Origin: Thermodesulfobacteriota bacterium
Lineage (GTDB): Bacteria; Desulfobacterota; Desulfobacteria; Desulfobacterales; SURF-7
Reading direction: 5' to 3'
Length of the DNA: 64,000 nt
Assembly (NCBI GenBank): GCA_049320885.1
Contig: JBMORA010000017.1
Location: 64,001-128,000, forward strand
Both the position numbers and the translations under genes were made by a program. Within the stretch, counting starts at the first letter, position 1, and every line of letters starts with the position of its first letter. The notes beneath the pieces were generated by a model. It ran no database searches, had not been told where the DNA came from, and was given only the letters and a program-made list of their open reading frames with translations. This document shows positions 1 through 8,093 of the stretch, piece after piece.

Positions 1-786
1 CACTGCCATGATCCGGTTGCCTGCCTTTTCGGCGATGGCGGCGCCCAGGGCGCCCCAGTCAGCCATACCCTTGATGTTGTCGCGGACCTCGTCAGTCAGC
101 TCGACGACGCACTTGGCTGCACGATACTCGTCGAGGTGGGTGCCGTACTTCGGCAGGCAGCCGGTGTACGCGCAGTACACCGTGTTGATGGCGGCTTCCC
201 GGTTGGTCCGGGCGCCCAGGATGGTGTTGATGTAGCAGGCTGCGCTGGACTCGGAGCTGGCGGCATACTCACCCATTTTGGGAATGCGGGTGTTAAAGTA
301 GGGGTTACACGAGAGCCAGGGAAGCCAGCCATGCTCCATCAGCTTGTCGTACCCCGCCTGGAAGCCATCGACCATTTCCTTGTCGAGTCTGAAGTTTCCT
401 TTACCCGGAATCTCGAAGTTCCATGGTTTTCCGTTCGGCGGTCCCAGGATCTCGCTGGCCTTGTCCAACTGGCACATGTAGGGATCGTTGCCGCACTCGG
501 TGCCGGATTCGTCGTGGACATGCGCGTCCTTCATCGCGAAGATCGGATCGTAGAGCGGGCTGTGTCCCAAATCGTATTCATTGAGCTTCGCCAGTCTCTT
601 CGGCTCCAGACGATCCTTCACATAGATGGGACAGCAGTTGAGCGTGAGGACAAGATCCACCATTTCCGTTGCTTCCACCGCTTTGCCGAAGTCCAAGAGC
701 TTGTCCATGCAGAACTGTTTGGCTTCGCCATGTTTGCCATCCAGCATTTCCTGTTGGTACGTCGTAAGTTTCATTTTTGCTTTCAT
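1..786 (-). CDS. Aconitase X catalytic (large) subunit, DUF521; 3' end runs off the window
   Basis: Absent from the ORF track; translated by hand from ATG at 786 (upstream AGGGAG RBS): MKAKMKLTTYQQEMLDGKHGEAKQFCM...WLSCNPY...SSESSAACYINTILGARTNRE...CAYTGCLPKYGTHLDEYR, matching AcnX motifs (MxLTxxxxxMLxG, xCxPY, ESSA...LGARTNRE). Lies next to the DUF126 gene. Confidence 0.9.
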   Translation of the reverse strand, partial: MKAKMKLTTYQQEMLDGKHGEAKQFCMDKLLDFGKAVEATEMVDLVLTLNCCPIYVKDRLEPKRLAKLNEYDLGHSPLYDPIFAMKDAHVHDESGTECGNDPYMCQLDKASEILGPPNGKPWNFEIPGKGNFRLDKEMVDGFQAGYDKLMEHGWLPWLSCNPYFNTRIPKMGEYAASSESSAACYINTILGARTNREAAINTVYCAYTGCLPKYGTHLDEYRAAKCVVELTDEVRDNIKGMADWGALGAAIAEKAGNRIMAV

Positions 787-833
787 CGTTTTCTCCCTAT
801 TTATCTTCTTGTCGTTTAATTCGTTGGAAAAGA

Positions 834-1271
834 TTACCCTTTGCGGGTAATTGTTACAGTGGCTTTCTCACCGACTTCGGGCGCGTCGATCTCAACCCAG
901 TCGCCGGTTCTGATGGTCGTGATCGGGTCCTGGTCCAATTTGTCCACGGCGGGAATTTCACCGGCGATGGCGCCGTTGATATCGATAAAATGAACCTCCT
1001 GGCAGATGAGGCCTGCGGGGCCGTGGTTGGAGACCTTGCACTTGTAGTACAGGCTGAAGGCCCCGCTGGTGGAGCCGGCCGTCGTGGGATAGACGAAGAT
1101 CTTGCCGGTCACGATTTGGCCTTTAGTGTCAGCGCCTGGCGCCATAACCATGCCGTCCTCGTTGCCGACGTGGTTGAACGCCCATCCGATCCGCTGGCGA
1201 TTCACCAACGCTTCGCCTGCCGCTTTTCCTTTAGACCGGGCGATGCCGGTTAAAACGATTTTTTGTTCCAT
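834..1271 (-). CDS. Aconitase X swivel (small) subunit, DUF126
   Basis: GKAAGEALV, GKIFVYPTTAGSTSG (GST with the catalytic-type Ser), GPAGLI, IPAVD, IRTGDWVEID. Start moved to ATG 1271, which follows an AAGGAG RBS. Confidence 0.9.
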   Translation of the reverse strand: MEQKIVLTGIARSKGKAAGEALVNRQRIGWAFNHVGNEDGMVMAPGADTKGQIVTGKIFVYPTTAGSTSGAFSLYYKCKVSNHGPAGLICQEVHFIDINGAIAGEIPAVDKLDQDPITTIRTGDWVEIDAPEVGEKATVTITRKG

Positions 1272-1423
1272 AATATACTTCTCCTTTACTGTTTGGCGCC
1301 GCTTCCTGGGCAGGGAATGCAGCACATATGTTTTTCCCCGGGGACCGTCCCTGAGTCATCGGGAGCCCTCAAAAAATCGGATAATCCGATCAATCGCTTC
1401 ATCGTTTACAGCCCTCTCTCAAC

Positions 1424-3940
1424 TCAGCCCATGTTCTCTTCCGTCCGGGCGATGATTTCGGCCTGCTGTGAGGGTGACAGGTCGGTGAAATACGCGCAGT
1501 AGCCGGCAACCCGCACGACCAGATCCCGGTACTTTTCCGGGTTCTTCTGTGCGTCCAGCAGGGATTGTCTATTGAGGATATTGAACTGGATGTGGGCATG
1601 CTTCTGGCTGCTCCAGACGCGGATAAGCTGCATGAGCCGGCGCGTCCCTTCCTCTCCGGCCACGTTGGCCGGCGCCATCTTCATGTTGAGCAGGTCTTCC
1701 CGATGCGTTTTGTAGATCTGGCAGGTCGCCCTGGCGATGGACTGGAGGGTCACCGTGGGCCCCTTGGTGTCGCAGCCGTGGGAGGGAACGATGCCATCGG
1801 ATAGATATTCTCCGCCTCTCCGGCCGTTCGGCGTGGCCATGGTCACCCTGCCGGACGGGTTATGAAAGGTGATCGGAATGATGCGCATGTTGGCGCTCTG
1901 GCCATGGGGCCTGGGATGGTTGTGGGCATACTCCATAACGGTTCGCTGGATGTGGTAGCCGATGGTGTCCACCCATTCGATGCCGTTGCCGTACTTGGGG
2001 GCATTGAGGCACATCTGACGAATGGCCTCCATGCCTTCCCAGTCGCACTCCAGGGCATCGAGGAGCTGGCCCCATGTGAGTTTCTTCGTGTCGAAAATGA
2101 GATGCTTGATGGCAGCCAGGGAATCGATGCAGGTCGCGAACCCTCCGAGCCCGTCGATGCAGGAAGCATCCAGCGCCCCCGGGATGTAATCACCGTGGGT
2201 GTGGAGGTCCCGGCCGTGCTCCATGCACAGGTCATGGAGCGTGGAGGCTAGCGGCGCCGCGATATACTTGGGCTTCTGCGCGACCGCTATGTAGTTCTGG
2301 ATCATGATGTGCTTGACGACGTTCTCGAGCTGCATCTTGTAGGCATTCCACACGTCGTCGTAGGTCTTGAACGTCCGCGGATCACCCGTCTTCAGGCCGA
2401 ATTGCTCGTCCTTGTAGATTTTCATCCTGCCGTCCCGGAGCGTCATCTCCATGACCGCGCCGTAATTGATGCCGCCATTGCCGGTCTTGTGGGTCTCGCG
2501 GTTGGGCAGGCGCGATTCCGAGCACCCGGACATGGCGTAATCCAGGGCTTCCCGTTTCACGATCCCGTTGCTCATGAACCACGGCACCTCGAACTCGTCG
2601 TTGATCAGTTTGGGCGAACCCTTGCCGTCCTTGATGGTCTCGGCCACCGCATGCAGGAACTTGTCGGGCGTACCGGCGTGGATCCGGACCCCCAGCTCCG
2701 GGTAGCTGCACTTGAGCGGCCGGGTGGATTCCAGGATCAGGTAAGAGAGTTCGTTAGTGGCGTCGAAACCGTCGGGGGTCTGGCCGCCGATGGTCACCGT
2801 CTCGTGATGGGAGAATCCCTCGCGGCCCTTGGCTGCGGATGGCGACATTTGCGACTCGATGCTCTGCATGATGTGCAGCCAGAGGCACTGGAACAGCTCC
2901 TGGGCCGCTTCCGGCGTGATCCGGCCTTCTTCGAGGTCCTTTTTATAGGTGGGATAGAGATACTGGTCCATCCGGCCCTGATTGACTTGCCCTCCGACCA
3001 TCTCCTCCAGACGCGAGAAAAGCTGGGTGAACCACTGGGCCTGGACCGCTTCCCGGAAGGTGCGCGCCGGGTTCTTCGGAACCCAGGCGCAGACGGCCGC
3101 GATCTCCGCCAATTCCTTCTTGCGCTGGGCATTCGTCTCCTTGGCTGCCATCGCGGCGGCCAATTCGGAGTATCGTTTGGCGAAGAGGCTTAATGCGTCG
3201 CAGGTGATGATGGCCGCTTCGTAGAAGGGCTTCTTGAAAGCCAGGTCGCGCGGATCTTCCAGCGCGGCCAACCGCGCCTGGGCTTCCGCGCGCAGACCCT
3301 TACAGCCGCGCTTCAGCATTTTCTCAAAATCAGGGACCCAGTTCTGGGAATGTCGCATGGTTGAAGTGGAAATGATCACGAACGAAAACGTGGTCCCGAC
3401 ATTCTCGGGGTCAGAACCCCAGAACAAGTGTCGGGTTTCAGGAGGCAGGGCCTTGATGAAGTTTGGGGTAAAGTCCTTGCCTTTCCAATAAGGGAAAAGA
3501 ACCTCGTCAATGATCTTCTTGTCTTCCTCAGTCACGGTAACGGCGTCCGGGGCTCCGGCCTCTTTGGCCGCAATGAACGCTTTTGCTCCCTCTTGGATGA
3601 TCGTGCCGTCAAGCTCCGGGTAAACCAGCGAGTACCGTCCGAACCAGGCGCAGGGCCGGCCCACGATCAGCTCATCGTCGAAGATGGCGACCGAGATCTT
3701 TTCCGCGATGTGTTGCAGGGCTTTGGCCCAGCGCCAGACCAGCGGCTGACCTTCCGTGGCCTTGAAAGACTCCGTGAAGTATACTGCCCGTTCCAGGGCG
3801 ACCCGGGGCGGACCGGAGGAACGAATGGCGTCAAACATTCTGAGAACCCGGTCGGTGGCGGTTCCATGCAATACGTTTTTGCCGTCGGCAATGGCCTGTT
3901 CCTGTGCGGAAAGCACAGATGCAATGTGTTCATTTGTCAT
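1424..3940 (-). CDS. Glycyl radical enzyme (eliminase type), related to isethionate sulfite-lyase IslA but with a divergent active site
   Basis: 838 aa; Gly-radical loop VRVAGY; Cys loop SGCSE; TIGGQTPDG-DATNELSYL; ATPNGR; HIQFN; AAGGAG RBS. Confidence 0.95.
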   Translation of the reverse strand: MTNEHIASVLSAQEQAIADGKNVLHGTATDRVLRMFDAIRSSGPPRVALERAVYFTESFKATEGQPLVWRWAKALQHIAEKISVAIFDDELIVGRPCAWFGRYSLVYPELDGTIIQEGAKAFIAAKEAGAPDAVTVTEEDKKIIDEVLFPYWKGKDFTPNFIKALPPETRHLFWGSDPENVGTTFSFVIISTSTMRHSQNWVPDFEKMLKRGCKGLRAEAQARLAALEDPRDLAFKKPFYEAAIITCDALSLFAKRYSELAAAMAAKETNAQRKKELAEIAAVCAWVPKNPARTFREAVQAQWFTQLFSRLEEMVGGQVNQGRMDQYLYPTYKKDLEEGRITPEAAQELFQCLWLHIMQSIESQMSPSAAKGREGFSHHETVTIGGQTPDGFDATNELSYLILESTRPLKCSYPELGVRIHAGTPDKFLHAVAETIKDGKGSPKLINDEFEVPWFMSNGIVKREALDYAMSGCSESRLPNRETHKTGNGGINYGAVMEMTLRDGRMKIYKDEQFGLKTGDPRTFKTYDDVWNAYKMQLENVVKHIMIQNYIAVAQKPKYIAAPLASTLHDLCMEHGRDLHTHGDYIPGALDASCIDGLGGFATCIDSLAAIKHLIFDTKKLTWGQLLDALECDWEGMEAIRQMCLNAPKYGNGIEWVDTIGYHIQRTVMEYAHNHPRPHGQSANMRIIPITFHNPSGRVTMATPNGRRGGEYLSDGIVPSHGCDTKGPTVTLQSIARATCQIYKTHREDLLNMKMAPANVAGEEGTRRLMQLIRVWSSQKHAHIQFNILNRQSLLDAQKNPEKYRDLVVRVAGYCAYFTDLSPSQQAEIIARTEENMG

Positions 3941-4033
3941 GGTCGCTTTTGCTCCTTACTATTTTATAAGATCATGATTCAAATAGGTATCCACGCTTTT
4001 TGCTTGCAAAACGGCGCTGAATCTGATTTCCGG

Positions 4034-4435
4034 TCACGACACTCCGTCCATATCCGGCGAAATGTATTTCCGGCCCTCGAGCACTTCGCGGAAAGCCGGA
4101 ATCAAATCAATCGCTGCTCTTCGTTTCAAAACGTAGCCTTCGACTCCTGCGGCCATCACCTCGTCTATTACTGATTGATCATCGTAGAGGCTAAGGATAA
4201 TGATTTTTATTCTAGGAAACTTTTTTTTCAGGGCCCATGCAATGTTTGTTTCCTCTGAATGTGAAAGCGACTGGTCAACCACCACCACATCGGGATGGTG
4301 GGTCTCCAAGGCATGGTAGAGCGACATTTCGTCGGAAACCATTAAAACCGTCTTGACCTCATTTTCAAGAAGTCGGTATATGCCTCCCAACATATTTGTA
4401 TGTTTATCAGCGAGAATAACACGGCTTTTTCGCAT
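4034..4435 (-). CDS. Stand-alone NarL-type receiver domain protein (no HTH)
   Basis: RVILADKH...PDVVVVD...IIILS...AGVEGYVLK...YISP then stop. Start taken at ATG 4435 (GAAGG upstream). Confidence 0.85.
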   Translation of the reverse strand: MRKSRVILADKHTNMLGGIYRLLENEVKTVLMVSDEMSLYHALETHHPDVVVVDQSLSHSEETNIAWALKKKFPRIKIIILSLYDDQSVIDEVMAAGVEGYVLKRRAAIDLIPAFREVLEGRKYISPDMDGVS

Positions 4436-4520
4436 ACGCTTTTTACCTTCAATCGGGCAATCCGGGGCAATCAATTTGTGGAATGATGGTCAGGCTATAG
4501 AAAAGGCGATAATAAAACAA

Positions 4521-4559
4521 CTGGGAAAATTACTGGTCCAGGGCTGGGAAATTACTGGT
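4521..4559. promoter_or_regulatory. Tandem direct repeat CTGGGAAA(A)TTACTGGT, putative response-regulator binding site
   Basis: ctgggaaaattactggt at 4521-4537 and ctgggaaattactggt at 4544-4559, 23 bp start to start, in the intergenic region upstream of the receiver-GRE-AcnX genes. Confidence 0.6.
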
Positions 4560-4603
4560 ATGGGTCGGAAGGTTTTTTGTCTGCGGCCTGGTAATCTGGC
4601 GCA

Positions 4604-5245
4604 TTATACGGCGGCAATGCCTTGTTTCACAGCATACTGGATCAATTCGGAACTGGTCTTGATACCGAGTCGTTCCATCATTTTGTATTTGTGAAATTCA
4701 ACAGTCTTTGTTGAAATATCCAAAACGGATGCGATTTCTTTCGCAGACTTCCCTTCAACCAAGAGTTGTAAAACCTCCCGTTGCCGGGGACTTATCTCTT
4801 TCAAACGAATATTATCCGGTGACAACCCTTTCTGATAGGCGTGGATAAGGTCTCCTGCAATCAGGGGAGTTATATACGTTTTCCCTTTCATTGCTTCATG
4901 GATCGCGGAAACCAACTCGGATGGGGCCGAGTGTTTCAAGACGAACCCGCAAGCGCCTGCCTCAAAAGCACTAGCTGCATAGGTTACGTCCGGGTGCATG
5001 GTTAAAAATACAATCTTGATGCTTTTATCGGTTTTTTTAATCTGGCGCACTGCTTCGATTCCATTGAGCTGGGGCATCGAGATATCCGCCACGATCACAT
5101 CAGGATGGAGGGCGGCTGCCTGTTTGACGAGGGCTCGCCCATCCTGCACTGTTCCGACAATTTCAAACTCGCCTTCCAGAAGGCTTTTTAACCCCATGAG
5201 CACGAAGTAATGATCATCCGCTAATAGAACACGTGCCTTTTTCAT
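4604..5245 (-). CDS. NarL/LuxR-family DNA-binding response regulator
   Basis: LLADDH, DISMPQLNG, C-terminal ISPRQREVLQLLVEGKSAKEIA...KTVEFHK HTH. Confidence 0.95.
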   Translation of the reverse strand: MKKARVLLADDHYFVLMGLKSLLEGEFEIVGTVQDGRALVKQAAALHPDVIVADISMPQLNGIEAVRQIKKTDKSIKIVFLTMHPDVTYAASAFEAGACGFVLKHSAPSELVSAIHEAMKGKTYITPLIAGDLIHAYQKGLSPDNIRLKEISPRQREVLQLLVEGKSAKEIASVLDISTKTVEFHKYKMMERLGIKTSSELIQYAVKQGIAAV

Positions 5246-8082
5246 TCTCCCTCCTTCATCAACCCCTGTAGGGGCACCCTGACGGTGATCCGGGTTCCTT
5301 TTCCCGGTTGGGAGTTGATGGAATGTTCTCCTTGGAAAAGTCTGACCCGTTCACGAATACTCGAGAGTCCCAGGCCCGGTTTTGCTTTTACCACCGCCGA
5401 ATCGAATCCAATGCCATCGTCCTGAATAGATAATAAAATGTCATGATCATTACCCGTTAAGGAAATAGAAATATGCTCGGCGCAGGCATGTTTGGAAATG
5501 TTGCTTAGCCCCTCCTGAATCATTCGGTATAATGACAGAGAAATATCTTTAGGGATAACCGAATGGATGTTCTCATGACGGAAGACGACTTCTGTTCCTT
5601 CTCTTTTCGAAAAATTCGTGCATTGCGATTCGATTGCCCTGATTAACCCCAGATCATCCAAGATGGATGGGTGAAGTCGGCGCGAGAGGTTATGGACATC
5701 TCCAGAGATTTTAACCATATCATGTTTCATTTCACTAAGCATTACCTGAACAGAGGCTGGTTGATCCTTCAACTCTAATTCGAGTCTTCCGATGTTAATT
5801 GCAAAGACCGCCAAACGTTGCACCAAATCATCATGGAGTTCACGGGCCAAGCGGCTCCGTTCCTCCTCCTGATTGTGAATCAATCTCCCGGCAAGCAACC
5901 GGAGCTCCTTTTCACTCTGTAGCAGTATCTCATCACTTTTACGAGTTGCCTCAATCACTTGCTTGCGTTCTATTGCATTGGCAAACAGATTGCTGATGAG
6001 TCGAAACCGCTGCAGCAAATGCCTCGGCCAGACCCGCTCCTTAGTGATCGACACAAGGGCGCATGATCCCAAGGTCTTGTGCCCAGCTATCAGGGGCATG
6101 GAAAGAAACGATTTCATACCCTTGGTCAAGCAAAGTCGCCGTTCATTTTGTGCTTCCGGCGGAAAATCATTTACCCGGTTTATCACCACCGTATTCCCTT
6201 GAATCAATTGCTCCATGTACCAAGGCAGTTGTTCGGCCAACAGCAATTTCGGGGCGGGTTCGACCTCTGCCAAATGATAATCAAAGGCTAGAACAAGCTG
6301 AGTTTGGTCCTCGGTAAATATTCCGATGCTGCATCTATCCGCTTTAAAAAATTCGGTGAAGCCCCGGAGCCACTTATTGATTTCGCTGTCGACAGCATCG
6401 ATGGAAAGGTTCATGAAATGACTTAATAGTTCGGAAATCATGCGTTCAAACAGTAACTGCTCTGCCAAGTTCTCCTCGGCCAGTTTACGCTTGGTGATGT
6501 CTTCCAGAAATCCACTATAGTAGAGCGTTTTGCCGTCCGGATCGCATACCTTACGGCCGCTGAGCGATGCCCAAATTCTCGTTCCATCCTGCCGCAGCAT
6601 TTGGCACTCAAAACCATGCACAACATCCTGCTTTTCAATCAACTCCATAAACTCCAAACGCTTATCCGGGTCTGCATATACCTGATTCCCTACATTTCGG
6701 ATTTTCGCAATCAACTCGCCGGGTGAATCATATCCAAGGGTATTCGCCAGGGCGGGGTTAACCGTCAGAGGCTGACCTTGCGTCGAGGTTTCAAAGAGAC
6801 CTTCTACGGCGCCGTCGAAAATGTTTCGGTACTTTTCTACCGCTTTTCTGAGTGAGTCCTCGGCCGATTTCTTCCGGCGCCTCTGGACAACAAGAAAAAT
6901 AATCAGGGCGCTTTCCACCAGACAGAAGCCTATAACCCCAATAATGTAATACTGGAAGTCATAAAAGGTGGACTGCTTATTTTTGATGATGCTCTCCTCG
7001 GGTAAATCGTTTTCGTTCAGGTCCCAATGCCTGAGCTGCGACCAGTCGAATATCGGTATGGGAGGGACATCCAGAATGGCCTGGGTATTTTCTGAAACCC
7101 GGGTGCCTCCAAGGATTTTCAGAACCATTTGGCCCGCATGAACACCGGTTTGTTCAAAGTTTATGAGACGGCCTCCCACCATCACGTCTGATAGATTGTA
7201 GTCGATAAGCCCGAAGATCGGGGCTGCGGAAACCTGGCGCAGCCGTTTAAGCACTATCGGGTTTGTGTAGTTTTTCCCGGTAACATCCTGGGTATACGTC
7301 AAGAAAAGGATAATGGAGTGGGGGGGCACGCTGGATACCATTGCCAGAACATCCTCGAAGGCCAGGTGGCTCAAGTAGATAAACTCCAGCCGGCTCTCCC
7401 ATTTCTTCAAATCGGCTCGAGCCTGCGCTTCTATAGCTCGGTCGACTTCGTGGGCGCCGCCCACCATATAGACTCGTTTTGCCCCCGGAACCAGCTTTAG
7501 CGCAACCTCAAGCGTGCCGGTGATATTTAACCTGGAGAGATGCCGGATGATGCGGGGGTCGGTCCCTGGCACCCCTTGGTTTTGCGGCAGGTACAAGGCA
7601 AGAATGGGGACATGGGGAAGGACATCCTGGCAATCCTTCAGTACGAATTCCAAAGCTTCCGGATACATGGTTATGATCATGTCGAGCTTGCGACGGCCGT
7701 AACGCGCGCGCATCTGCTCGACCAAAAGTTTTCTATACTCGGCGCCGGGGTTCTGCCTCAGATTAAGGGATTCGAAAAACTGATTCAGGCTGGATATCCC
7801 GCCGGACTCCAGCGTTTCCGCGAGTCCCTTGTCGGTCCCCCAAAAAACGGGTGCGTTGGCTTCATGAGAATGCAGGACCAGAATGTTTTTCCCAGCCAGA
7901 CCTGCAGTAGCCTGTATCTGGGCAAAGGCCTGGCCGGCGCCTGGCCTGAAGGCTATCAGGAGGAAAAAACATAAAACAGAATAAACCGTTGTCACTCTGA
8001 TTCGGTGAGCGTGCGGCATTTCTATGAATAAGGCATTGCTGTTCATGACCTGATCTATCCAAGAAATAGTCTTGCATGTCAA
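5242..8082 (-). CDS. Membrane sensor histidine kinase (periplasmic substrate-binding-like domain, PAS, GAF, HisKA_3, HATPase)
   Basis: EEERSRLARELHDDLVQ H-box, QEGLSNISKHA, DDGIGF, GLGL; TM segment YYIIGVIGFCLVESALIIFLVV; overlaps the regulator start (ATGA). Start codon uncertain. Confidence 0.92.
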   Translation of the reverse strand: MTCKTISWIDQVMNSNALFIEMPHAHRIRVTTVYSVLCFFLLIAFRPGAGQAFAQIQATAGLAGKNILVLHSHEANAPVFWGTDKGLAETLESGGISSLNQFFESLNLRQNPGAEYRKLLVEQMRARYGRRKLDMIITMYPEALEFVLKDCQDVLPHVPILALYLPQNQGVPGTDPRIIRHLSRLNITGTLEVALKLVPGAKRVYMVGGAHEVDRAIEAQARADLKKWESRLEFIYLSHLAFEDVLAMVSSVPPHSIILFLTYTQDVTGKNYTNPIVLKRLRQVSAAPIFGLIDYNLSDVMVGGRLINFEQTGVHAGQMVLKILGGTRVSENTQAILDVPPIPIFDWSQLRHWDLNENDLPEESIIKNKQSTFYDFQYYIIGVIGFCLVESALIIFLVVQRRRKKSAEDSLRKAVEKYRNIFDGAVEGLFETSTQGQPLTVNPALANTLGYDSPGELIAKIRNVGNQVYADPDKRLEFMELIEKQDVVHGFECQMLRQDGTRIWASLSGRKVCDPDGKTLYYSGFLEDITKRKLAEENLAEQLLFERMISELLSHFMNLSIDAVDSEINKWLRGFTEFFKADRCSIGIFTEDQTQLVLAFDYHLAEVEPAPKLLLAEQLPWYMEQLIQGNTVVINRVNDFPPEAQNERRLCLTKGMKSFLSMPLIAGHKTLGSCALVSITKERVWPRHLLQRFRLISNLFANAIERKQVIEATRKSDEILLQSEKELRLLAGRLIHNQEEERSRLARELHDDLVQRLAVFAINIGRLELELKDQPASVQVMLSEMKHDMVKISGDVHNLSRRLHPSILDDLGLIRAIESQCTNFSKREGTEVVFRHENIHSVIPKDISLSLYRMIQEGLSNISKHACAEHISISLTGNDHDILLSIQDDGIGFDSAVVKAKPGLGLSSIRERVRLFQGEHSINSQPGKGTRITVRVPLQGLMKEGE

Positions 8083-8093
8083 GTTTCAACGAT

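Noticed and set aside
1424..3940. Naming the GRE islA, pflB or bssA
   Set aside because: It has a single-Cys GCSE loop (not the PFL Cys-Cys), no small Bss subunit genes, and several pocket residues differ from IslA as recalled.
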